Shown here one piece after another: positions 8,079 to 16,167 of a stretch of DNA of 45,730 nt. The notes beneath the pieces are model-generated. The model saw only the letters and a list, made by a program, of their open reading frames with translations, had not been told where the DNA came from and did not search any database. The position numbers were made by a program, and so were the translations under genes. This DNA comes from an uncultured Myxococcales bacterium (GTDB lineage: Bacteria; Myxococcota_A; Bradymonadia; UBA7976; UBA1532). The stretch spans positions 1 to 45,730 of the forward strand of contig CALELH010000389.1 in NCBI GenBank assembly GCA_937902595.1, read 5' to 3'. Each line of letters begins with the position of its first letter. Positions within the stretch are counted from its first letter, which is position 1.

Positions 8079-8151
8079 GAAAACGCACTAAGCCAGGTTC
8101 CCTAGAAAGGGTATACTGCGTTTCGGTTTTGACCACGAGCGGACATCTACT

Positions 8152-8667
8152 ATGAACACGAAACCCTTCATCTCGATCGGCTGTATGGTCGTGACCGTGT
8201 CCGACACTCGGACTATTGAGACTGACCGGTCTGGCGCGATCATCGTGAATCGCCTTGAAGAGATGGGTCACACGATCAGCGAGCGCCGGATTATTCCTGA
8301 TGATTATGAGCTCATCCAGGACGCGGTCCGCTTTGCCATGGAAAAGCCAGAGATCGTCGCGGTGCTGCTCACGGGGGGGAGCGGGATTACGCGTCGAGAT
8401 GTCACGCCTGACGCTGTCAAGGAGCTGGGTACTAAGCATATCCCGGGTTTTGGAGAGCTGTTTAGGTGGCTCAGTTACGCCGACATTGGGCCGTCCACAA
8501 TTCAGTCACGGGCAGATGCTTGGCTGTGTGATGACACCCTCGCCTTCGTCCTCCCTGGCTCGACAGGTGCCGTGACTCTCGCCATGGATAAGATCTTGAT
8601 CGACCAATTGGACGTCCGCACGCGGCCCTGTAACTTTGTTCAATTACTCGACAGGATTCGTGCTTGA
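8152..8667 (+). CDS. moaB: Molybdenum cofactor biosynthesis protein B (MoaB/MogA family)
   Basis: 171 aa. LLTGGSGITRRDVTPDA, GFGELFRWLSY..IGPSTIQSRA and LDVRTRPCNF closely parallel E. coli MoaB motifs. Confidence 0.9.
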   Translation: MNTKPFISIGCMVVTVSDTRTIETDRSGAIIVNRLEEMGHTISERRIIPDDYELIQDAVRFAMEKPEIVAVLLTGGSGITRRDVTPDAVKELGTKHIPGFGELFRWLSYADIGPSTIQSRADAWLCDDTLAFVLPGSTGAVTLAMDKILIDQLDVRTRPCNFVQLLDRIRA

Positions 8668-8686
8668 GTACACTCGAGCCAGGCGC

Positions 8687-10204
8687 TCATCGATCCGAAC
8701 TCGGCGAGCTTGGTGTCTCCTGAGAAGAGGACTTAGTTTTTGGGGCCATACCGTTCAATCTCCGGAGCGCCGCTCTTGCTGTAGCTGCCTGAGGGCCAGG
8801 TACTCGAGCTGCCATACGATAGTGTTTGACCGCTTCAGGTCGATTCTTGAGCCGCTCGTAACAGCCGGCGATTCTTAGGTATACGTCTTGAACCTTTGCC
8901 TTGGTAGGTCGTGTGCCCAGGTAAGTTTTGTAGTGCCGAATGGCTATTGAGCATTGACCTGAAGCGTCAGCGCTCAGCGCCAAGCGAAGCAACTTCCCTG
9001 GGTCGGGCTCAGGCGTCGCTGGTTTCGCGAACCTCTCGCCCGGTGGACTGGGGGCGGGCGCGGTCTCCTCGGCCTCAACTGCGGCAGGCGTTGGCGATTG
9101 GACAACTGCGCTCTTTGTGGACGCTCTCCTGGAGGACACGGGTTGCGGCCTCACTCTTCCACCGGCGTTCATCGAGCCCGAACTGTCGCTTAGACCCGAC
9201 GATCCGTGCAGCAAAGCGGCGCTACCCTCATTGGCCTGGTTAAGTCCGTTGTGGCTGCCTCTCCGCGGACTGATGGCGTCACCTACCGTTCCAGCTTGGT
9301 CGGCTGAACTCGGCGTATCGACTATTTGATCCTCAAAGTCGTATAGGGCGGCTTCTTTTCTCTTCGCGAGCTTCTTTTTTCTGGCCACCCGACGGCCTTT
9401 GGACACACCCACCGACTTACGTGCGGCCGGTTTCGCCCGTGCTCTCTTCAACTTTGGGGGCGGCGTCGACGCCTTGGCGGCCCGAGGACGCGGCGATCTC
9501 CGACTTCGCAGCGATGTGACTTCTGAGGAGACCTTTTTGGCTGACTGACTTCCCTTGGACCCCTTCGCCCCAATCTGCATCTCGCCTTTCATACCTTCGA
9601 CATCAAGAGCCTGCTCCGAGTCGAGGTCCCCGAGGACCGTCTTGAGGAGGCGGCCGCCCTCACTAGTGCGTCCAGCAGACACGCTCTTCTCGGCTTTTTC
9701 TAAAGCGCGAGATGGCTCGTTAGCATCGGTAACCTGCGGTTTTCCTTGCGGAGCGGGGACGACGGCGGGGGTGGTCACGCCTTCTTCTTTGGGATGGGTA
9801 GTTGGCTCTTTCTGAGCGGGTATGTTGGACTCTGATTGCTTGACCGCGGATTCCTCAAATTGACCAGTAAGCTCCAAGAAGAGACCACCGCCGGCGACTA
9901 GAAGGAATATCCCAGCCAAGGCGGGCGCCATAGAGAGCCGCTGCAACCACTCCCAGAAGCCAGGTTGTGAGTCAGCCAACTCCTCTCGAGCAGCGTCCAT
10001 AACTGCGCGGGACACCTTTGGGTCCGGCTCTTCCTCTGGAATCAGACTGGTCAGACTCTGGATTTCACCGAAGGCTTTCAGTTGTGCCGTAAGCTCTGGA
10101 TCTGCGTCAATCTCTGCTCTCAGGTTGAGTGTAGCTCTCTCATCGAGATCTCCATACAGATATTCGACGACACGCATGTCTAGGTCTGAGCGGTCAATCG
10201 ACAT
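8687..10204 (-). CDS. Membrane-anchored anti-sigma factor with a long extracytoplasmic region (polybasic tract plus TPR-like C-terminus)
   Basis: 505 aa. Its ATG overlaps the sigma gene stop at 10201-10204 (ATGA). It has an N-terminal anti-sigma-like helix region (VVEYLYGDLDE...), a single TM (APALAGIFLLVAGGGLFL), a K/R/P/A-rich tract and a C-terminal TPR-like segment. Confidence 0.7.
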   Translation of the reverse strand: MSIDRSDLDMRVVEYLYGDLDERATLNLRAEIDADPELTAQLKAFGEIQSLTSLIPEEEPDPKVSRAVMDAAREELADSQPGFWEWLQRLSMAPALAGIFLLVAGGGLFLELTGQFEESAVKQSESNIPAQKEPTTHPKEEGVTTPAVVPAPQGKPQVTDANEPSRALEKAEKSVSAGRTSEGGRLLKTVLGDLDSEQALDVEGMKGEMQIGAKGSKGSQSAKKVSSEVTSLRSRRSPRPRAAKASTPPPKLKRARAKPAARKSVGVSKGRRVARKKKLAKRKEAALYDFEDQIVDTPSSADQAGTVGDAISPRRGSHNGLNQANEGSAALLHGSSGLSDSSGSMNAGGRVRPQPVSSRRASTKSAVVQSPTPAAVEAEETAPAPSPPGERFAKPATPEPDPGKLLRLALSADASGQCSIAIRHYKTYLGTRPTKAKVQDVYLRIAGCYERLKNRPEAVKHYRMAARVPGPQAATARAALRRLNGMAPKTKSSSQETPSSPSSDR

Positions 10205-10875
10205 CAGCTTTGACTCCGTGAAGGTAATGGACTCACCGCGCTCGGCAACTCGCTGGCGTAGTCGGCGAGAGCTAATCTTAGGTGCTCTAGGGCATAGCGC
10301 ATCCTGCTCTTCACCGTGTTCTCTTTCTCGCCGATGATCTCCGCGATCTCTCGGAACGGTAATTGTTGCATTTGGCGCATAACAAAGACCTCTCTTTGTT
10401 CGTCGCTCAACTCATCGATAGCGGCGCCTACCCGACGTTTAATTTCTTGTGCGTCGGTATGATCAAAGCCTCCTTCGGAGCTGCCTGGGAGCTTCTCCAG
10501 GAGTGTTCGGGCTCCCTCGCTCGAGCTGGTCGGCTGTTGGAGACTTTTGTGCCGTCGATGCTTTCTCTTTCTCAATTCATCGATGCTTAGGTTTCGAGCC
10601 ATCGTAAAGATCCAAGTGGTGAACTTGGCTCGCCGAGTATAGCTGCCCCGTTGCTTAACGACTCTCAAGAAGGTCTCTTGTAGAAGGTCGTTGGCCCGCT
10701 CACGATCACCAATGAAGCGGAAGATGAAGTTATACACCTTACGTTCGTGACGTTTCATCAATGTGCGAAAGGCCTTCAGGTCGCCCTCCCGGTAAAGTTC
10801 CATGAGCTCTTCATCATCCAGCTCGCTACCCAAGCCGAAGCGGCTGCGTAGCGTCATTAGGATGAAGTAAAGCAT
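10204..10875 (-). CDS. ECF-type RNA polymerase sigma-70 family factor
   Basis: It has region 2 (KVYNFIFRFIGDRERANDLLQETFLRV...FTTWIFTMARNLSIDELRKR) and region 4 (QREVFVMRQMQQLPFREIAEIIGEKENTVKSRMRYAL). The start is uncertain, with an alternative ATG at 10857. Confidence 0.9.
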   Translation of the reverse strand: MLYFILMTLRSRFGLGSELDDEELMELYREGDLKAFRTLMKRHERKVYNFIFRFIGDRERANDLLQETFLRVVKQRGSYTRRAKFTTWIFTMARNLSIDELRKRKHRRHKSLQQPTSSSEGARTLLEKLPGSSEGGFDHTDAQEIKRRVGAAIDELSDEQREVFVMRQMQQLPFREIAEIIGEKENTVKSRMRYALEHLRLALADYASELPSAVSPLPSRSQS

Positions 10876-10935
10876 CGCTCTAAGACCTGTAACGTACGAG
10901 AGGTGTAGTTCGATCTATTCGAAGAGATTCATTCA

Positions 10936-11697
10936 TCATGTAGATGACTCTTCCGTTGTCTTGTCGTTGGGATCTCTGATTCGGTCCACGAGTCCCTTCG
11001 CCGTGATCACACCCGCTTCGACTAAGCTTAGGATCAGCGAGACGAGGAGCTGGTCTCGGATCTTGGTGGACCTCCTCATCGCGTTCTTGAGGAGCCTCAA
11101 GGCGTCCGCTTCATTGGTGATGACATCCTGACTGTCGAAGAGGGAACCAAAGGTCTCATCGAGCTCATCGAAGAGGTCATCGAAAACCTGAGGTCTGATG
11201 GTGTCCAAGACGTCTTCACTTGGACTGATTTGAACAGGTATCGGTGAGCTGATGCCGTAGCAACGCTCGATGGCGCGGCGCACAGCTGACGCTCGCGCGA
11301 CCAGCGGGCTAATCCGCATGTCTGCCTCTCCATGCAGCGCCCGAATGGCATCCACATCTAGGGGATCAGCCATCGCGACCACGAGGTGGCTACCGGCCGC
11401 AGTCGTCGAGATCTCGATGGGCAAGACCAAGAAGCGAGAGCAGAGGTGTCCCGAGACAGTGGCCAAAGCCTTCTCTTCAGGCGTTGCCTCATCCAGGCTG
11501 ACGCGGGGTCGCCCCGTGTGTTGAGCGAGATCGTTTGCGACGACGGACTCGTCGACTGCTCCGCCTGCGACGAGTCGCTCGATCAGATGACACTGATCAT
11601 TGGTGTCGAGAGCCGACTTAAGTTGCGCACCGGATATCCGCTCTGAGTCGATCAGTAGGGTGGCTAGACGACCCGCGCTGCTGTTGGAGTTTACCAT
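10936..11697 (-). CDS. Stand-alone T2SSE_N (GspE/MshE N-terminal) domain protein with no ATPase domain
   Basis: 253 aa. RLATLLIDSERISGAQLKSAL...LVVAMADPLDVDAIRAL...ISPLVARASAVRRAIERCYG matches the N-terminal domain of GspE/PilB/MshE-type proteins. No Walker motifs follow. Confidence 0.7.
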   Translation of the reverse strand: MVNSNSSAGRLATLLIDSERISGAQLKSALDTNDQCHLIERLVAGGAVDESVVANDLAQHTGRPRVSLDEATPEEKALATVSGHLCSRFLVLPIEISTTAAGSHLVVAMADPLDVDAIRALHGEADMRISPLVARASAVRRAIERCYGISSPIPVQISPSEDVLDTIRPQVFDDLFDELDETFGSLFDSQDVITNEADALRLLKNAMRRSTKIRDQLLVSLILSLVEAGVITAKGLVDRIRDPNDKTTEESST

Positions 11698-11706
11698 TAG
11701 ATCACC

Positions 11707-12468
11707 TCACAAGGCCTCAACAGGAATACCACGGGGCGGTGCTAGGTGGAATGCGGCATCCGGGAGTGTTGGATTGAGTCGGTGGCTTGTCACTGTCATG
11801 TCGACCCGTAGCTCGTCAGCAGGCACCTCAAACAGGACGCGCTTGGGGATAATCCCATCACCCGTGCCTGTGTAATCGCCGAAGGTGACTTGATAAATCA
11901 GCTGATCTCCGGCGAGGGTCCTAATAGAAGTCACGCGGAGATACTTAGGCTCAAACTCGACGACTTGGCGCCTCTGGTCGTTCGCGAGTAGAAGTTGGTA
12001 CCGACCAGTCTTGTCGTTCCAGTCTACTCGAGCGCTCGTGTGTTCAATGAGCGGCATGGCGCCCCTAATTACGCCGCCGAGTTCACTTGGGCTCAGCCGA
12101 ATCGGTAGGAGCCGAGCTAGATTTTCTGGGGTCGAAGGGCCGATGAAGAAACGTTTCTCTTGGGCAGCGTAGATCATGAGTCGTGTGCCATCACTCACCA
12201 AGGTTGTGATCGGGCTTCCAAAAGGACTGAGGACCTCAATACGAAGCCGGCCGTTGGGATCCGTGGCGATCAGCTGTTTGGCTTTCACTCGTTTAGAGCC
12301 TTGCCAGACTTCGCTCTTAAGTTCGCCGGATACGCTCTGGACCGCTTGGGCTCGTCTCTCGACCGCCTGAAGCAATCGTGAGGTGTCATCCGAGTAGTCA
12401 GTTGGTTTCGGTATGAGCGCGCCACATCCGCTCAGAAACAGCAGGCATGTTGCAAAAAGGCTCCTCAT
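11707..12468 (-). CDS. LolB-like / DUF4292-like outer-membrane lipoprotein
   Basis: The ATG at 12468 forms an ATGA overlap with the upstream TPR gene stop. It has a lipobox (MRSLFATCLLFLSGC). The RLRIEVLSPFGSPITTLVSDGTRLMIY...LPIRLSPSELGGVIRG pattern is typical of the LolA/LolB fold family. Confidence 0.65.
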   Translation of the reverse strand: MRSLFATCLLFLSGCGALIPKPTDYSDDTSRLLQAVERRAQAVQSVSGELKSEVWQGSKRVKAKQLIATDPNGRLRIEVLSPFGSPITTLVSDGTRLMIYAAQEKRFFIGPSTPENLARLLPIRLSPSELGGVIRGAMPLIEHTSARVDWNDKTGRYQLLLANDQRRQVVEFEPKYLRVTSIRTLAGDQLIYQVTFGDYTGTGDGIIPKRVLFEVPADELRVDMTVTSHRLNPTLPDAAFHLAPPRGIPVEAL

Positions 12469-14021
12469 TGAATCGCGCTCCACTCCGGTTCAAACCGGGC
12501 TCGTTCTTGTGGATCTGTTTCTAACTCTAAGGCGTGACGGTACAAGGTCTCAGATTCTTCTATTTTCCCAAGTTTTCGAAGCACACAGGCGAGATGGAAT
12601 GTCACAGTTCCGGACCCAGGTAGTTTAGAGAGAGCGCTTCTCAACAGCGGTAAGGCTGCGTCCAATTGCCCTTTGCGATAGTACAGCCAGGCGATGGAGT
12701 CCATGATGGATGGGTTACTCGGCTCTGCGTTGAGTGCTCGTGTCAGTAGCTCTTCTGCCCGTTTCAGATCTTCATTCCAGACAACCAGTGAGTAACCGAC
12801 GAAGTTGAGAGCGGCAGCGTGGTCGGGATCCACCTCAAGTACCTTCAGCATTTCGGTGAACCCGAATCGCTCTCCCACGCTCAATGAGGCGGCGAGAGCG
12901 TGTAAGTACAAGAGCTTAGTGTCTCTCGGTCTTAGGAATAGGTCGATATATGCTTCAGAGCGAGCCCATGCATATCGTTGTGCTCGCATGAGCGCATTGA
13001 TGACTCTATACCGATTGGTTCGATTCACATTGCGCCCGTACCGTGTGGTCGCTCTGAGGGCCCACCTCGCGTCGTCCTTGAGCTGCGCATGCATCCATAT
13101 TGCCAAGCCGTGTCGACCTGAACGGTGGGCGGCTTCGGCCCCGATCTCATAAGCGCGACCCCACACCGGTGTTTTCCGAGGCGTTGCTCTGAGGACCTCT
13201 GCTGCCTCCGTGTATTTCTTGGCGCCAAAGAGGTGTTGGCCGACGCTCAGTCGAACATCATTGTTCTTGGGGTTATCTGATAGTGAGCGCTTCAGCATGA
13301 TCATTCGCACTTCTTTAGGCCACTCAACTGATCGGAGGAATGACAAGAGGTCAGGCGTCCCCGGCTGTTTCAACCAAATGAGCCCCGCTTCGGCGACTAT
13401 GTCGGGCCGCTTGGCCCGACGCGATTGATGGACAACGAACTGGAGCATCGCCCATCGCTTTCTCTGCGTTAAGCTGCCACTCTTGATGACGAGAGAGACA
13501 GCCTGAAGACCCGCCTCTGCAGCCTTCTCATGGTCTTGGCTCTCTGCGTGTGCTCGAGCCAAAAATGCCCAATCTGATGACCTGAGTGGGGTGATGGCGA
13601 GGACTCGTGTGAAATCAGACACTGCGCTCTTGTATTGCTTCTGCGTAAAGAGGTGGCGTCCGCGAATAGACCAGAAGCTGGCGATAGAGAAGTCGGACTT
13701 GTGACGAAATGACCACATGACGTCGGGGGGAGCTCTCAGACCGCTCAGTTCTGCTGCTTGAAGGACCAGCGGTTTGAGCCTCTGCTCATCAACATTTTTC
13801 TTGAGAGCGTGCAGTACACTCGCCTCGACACGTTCCGTGTCTGGAACGGCTAACCAGGCATGAGCAGTCTTTACCCACGCATCACCGGCTCCGGTCTTGG
13901 AGGCCTCCTTCTCTAACGCGTGTGCCTCGAGGACTTCCCCGGACAGTTGGGATTGGCCAGACATCGCACAGCCGCTGAGGATTAAGCAGAGTAGACTTAC
14001 GCGAGAGAGAAGAGCGCTCAT
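12465..14021 (-). CDS. TPR-repeat lipoprotein
   Basis: 518 aa. It has a lipobox (LLCLILSGC) and multiple TPR-like A/Y/L-rich helical repeats, clearest at the C-terminus (ALNAEPSNPSIMDSIAWLYYRKGQLDAALPLLRSAL). Confidence 0.8.
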   Translation of the reverse strand: MSALLSRVSLLCLILSGCAMSGQSQLSGEVLEAHALEKEASKTGAGDAWVKTAHAWLAVPDTERVEASVLHALKKNVDEQRLKPLVLQAAELSGLRAPPDVMWSFRHKSDFSIASFWSIRGRHLFTQKQYKSAVSDFTRVLAITPLRSSDWAFLARAHAESQDHEKAAEAGLQAVSLVIKSGSLTQRKRWAMLQFVVHQSRRAKRPDIVAEAGLIWLKQPGTPDLLSFLRSVEWPKEVRMIMLKRSLSDNPKNNDVRLSVGQHLFGAKKYTEAAEVLRATPRKTPVWGRAYEIGAEAAHRSGRHGLAIWMHAQLKDDARWALRATTRYGRNVNRTNRYRVINALMRAQRYAWARSEAYIDLFLRPRDTKLLYLHALAASLSVGERFGFTEMLKVLEVDPDHAAALNFVGYSLVVWNEDLKRAEELLTRALNAEPSNPSIMDSIAWLYYRKGQLDAALPLLRSALSKLPGSGTVTFHLACVLRKLGKIEESETLYRHALELETDPQERARFEPEWSAIQ

Positions 14022-14022
14022 A

Positions 14023-15213
14023 TTACCGAGCCTCTACCGGATTGATGTGTGGGACGAGATCACCACCATATGGGATGACAGCGAGGCTTGAAGAGTCAAC
14101 CATAGCTAATGCGCTTCCAATGTCCGGAGCATAATCAGCAAAGGTGGGTGCGACGTCAGACGGAGTGTGCCGAGACACCAAGATAACGCGGTGTTTCTTG
14201 GGGAGACTGTGGACGCTACCTAGCCTGTATATCGCTTCATTGATGGTTGAAACAGGACCGATCCCCTCGGTGCATTCTGCCGCTAAGATGATGGTTCCTC
14301 CCTCTCTGAGGATTCTCCCAGCGGGTGGGAGTAGCTTGCAGGCCTGGTAGAGGTTCATGGTTACGGGCGTTCGATCAGAGATGAGCACTGAATTAAAGTG
14401 CTGCTGCACCTCCACCTCAAAATATGGGCGCGCACGCTGTGTACCAGCCCGGTGAGCCTGTATTGGGTCTCCTGCCACAATCTCCGAGATAGACCCATCC
14501 GCCGCTCTGACGACGTTGATGATAAAGCTTGGCCCAGCGAGTTGTGCTGCCTCTTCCATATCCCGGCGGCAAGGGTTGTCGTCGACTTGCCCCAGCCGAG
14601 CACCGGCAGACGCTTTCAGTGTGTGGTTGTGCCAGATACCTGCCTCTCCCGCGACTCCGGGGAACAGGGTTTTCGCGCCGCCCGCATAACCGGCGAAGTA
14701 GTGAGGCCTAATCTCTCCCAAGCAGATTCTTAAGTCGGCTTCGATGACTCGAGGTGGGTATGCGACCTCTGTTCCAAAGCTGGTGTGACCAACTGTTACG
14801 AGGTCAGTCGAGCGGGCGTTGTGCTGCCATTGATCACCCTTTGGATGCTCAGGGGGATGCTTACCTGTAGCGACGCCCACCTCGACCTCATGACCGGCCA
14901 GATGAGGCAATAAATAATCTAGGAGTTCAGCGCCGAGGTCTTTGCGGGTGCTGTCAGGTATCAGGACGCATATTCTGCTCGGTTGACGGAGCAAGATGCT
15001 GAGCGGTTGAGCACCAATCGGTTTGTCTAGAGCAGCTTTGATTAACGAAGAAATCTCTGATTTGCTGCTTAATCCAGGAGATCTCAAGATATTGGCGTGC
15101 TCCGGAACGGTCACCTCTAGTGGCGAAGCCCCCCAACCAAGAGTCACGTTCTTTGTACCTGGAGTCATACGGAAAACAGACCCGAATCTGCCGAATATTG
15201 CACCACTAGGCAC
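14023..15213 (-). CDS. LarA-like (DUF2088, nickel-pincer-dependent racemase/epimerase family) protein
   Basis: The motifs are IPDSTRK, ATGKHPP and RPHYFAGYAGGAKTLFPGVAGEAGIWHNH. The His-x9-Lys-x15-His spacing matches the catalytic His, cofactor-tethering Lys and Ni-ligand His of LarA. The start is uncertain: GTG at 15213 or ATG at 15168. The stop lies 1 nt from the next start. Confidence 0.75.
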   Translation of the reverse strand: MPSGAIFGRFGSVFRMTPGTKNVTLGWGASPLEVTVPEHANILRSPGLSSKSEISSLIKAALDKPIGAQPLSILLRQPSRICVLIPDSTRKDLGAELLDYLLPHLAGHEVEVGVATGKHPPEHPKGDQWQHNARSTDLVTVGHTSFGTEVAYPPRVIEADLRICLGEIRPHYFAGYAGGAKTLFPGVAGEAGIWHNHTLKASAGARLGQVDDNPCRRDMEEAAQLAGPSFIINVVRAADGSISEIVAGDPIQAHRAGTQRARPYFEVEVQQHFNSVLISDRTPVTMNLYQACKLLPPAGRILREGGTIILAAECTEGIGPVSTINEAIYRLGSVHSLPKKHRVILVSRHTPSDVAPTFADYAPDIGSALAMVDSSSLAVIPYGGDLVPHINPVEAR

Positions 15214-15402
15214 CGCCCGGAACCGTATGACAAGGCAAATTCATGCATCAATAATCGTTCAGATCTAGATTTTCATAGCCGCGACAGTGTATTAAACGCC
15301 GGCTTGGGCCTATAGCTCCAGCGTGCCCGGTCCGTTTCCGCTGACATTAGCGTGACTCCCTGGCACTATTGGTATGGCTGAGATTTGGAGAGAACGTCGC
15401 CT

Positions 15403-16167
15403 ATGAAGCTCAACTCATCTGGACGCACGCACGTCGGAATGAAACGCGCTCATAATGAAGATAGCCTCCGTTTGTGTCGTGAAGAGAACCTCTTCATCGT
15501 CGCAGACGGGATGGGTGGCCACGCATCGGGTGAGGTCGCGAGCCAGATGTCTGTCGAGACTTTGGCGGAGTTTTTTCGTGCGACCGAGGATGATGACGAG
15601 ATCACCTGGCCATACAAGATGGATAAGGAGCGTCGATACGACGAGAACCGCGTTGTAACCGGCATAAAGCTCAGTAACCGTCGAATTTATGAGTCCGCGT
15701 CTCGCGATGCCCGCCTCAAGGGCATGGGTACAACGATCGTCGCTACGTTCTTCACCGGAGAGACCTGTTACATCGGGCATGTTGGAGACAGTCGAGTCTA
15801 CCGCTATCGAGATGATAAGCTCGTCTTACTGACGGAAGACCACTCCCTCTTGAATGATTACATCAAGATGCGTCAGCTCACTCCTGAGGAGATAGAAGCT
15901 TTCCCGCACAAGAACGTAATTGTGCGCGCCTTAGGGATGAAGGAGACCGTTCAAGTCGACGTACTCCATGATCGACCTCAGGCGGGAGATATCTATCTTC
16001 TGTGCAGTGACGGACTCTCGGGAATGTTAACTGACGACCGCATGGCTTCGATCATGGACGGTCAGCGTGATCTTGACACCCAATGTGAGCAGCTGATCGA
16101 TGCCGCCAATCAGGCGGGTGGCACTGACAACATCACCGTGATCTTAGTTCGCTACGACGGCGAGTAA
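15403..16167 (+). CDS. PP2C-family Ser/Thr protein phosphatase
   Basis: I chose the ATG at 15403, with GGAGAG upstream. The motifs are RAHNEDS, ADGMGGHASGEVAS, GTT, LLCSDGL and GGTDNITV. Confidence 0.9.
   Translation: MKLNSSGRTHVGMKRAHNEDSLRLCREENLFIVADGMGGHASGEVASQMSVETLAEFFRATEDDDEITWPYKMDKERRYDENRVVTGIKLSNRRIYESASRDARLKGMGTTIVATFFTGETCYIGHVGDSRVYRYRDDKLVLLTEDHSLLNDYIKMRQLTPEEIEAFPHKNVIVRALGMKETVQVDVLHDRPQAGDIYLLCSDGLSGMLTDDRMASIMDGQRDLDTQCEQLIDAANQAGGTDNITVILVRYDGE

Noticed and set aside
8081-8123. Hairpin AAACGCA...TGCGTTT upstream of moaB as a Moco riboswitch or terminator
   Set aside because: The whole intergenic region is only 73 nt, far shorter than a Moco riboswitch. The stem is 7 bp with a 29-nt loop, and there is no convincing U-tract context.
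10876-10935. ECF-type autoregulatory promoter (GAAC...CGT) upstream of the first sigma gene
   Set aside because: On the minus strand, GAAC is followed by CGTA after 9 nt and by CGTT after 13 nt. That is shorter than the roughly 16-17 nt spacing of known ECF promoters. It cannot be supported by eye.
15362-15376. TGGCAC at 15362-15367 upstream of the PP2C gene as a second sigma-54 promoter
   Set aside because: The downstream element reads ...TATTGGTAT. The position that should carry the -12 GC is AT, so the -24/-12 consensus is not met.
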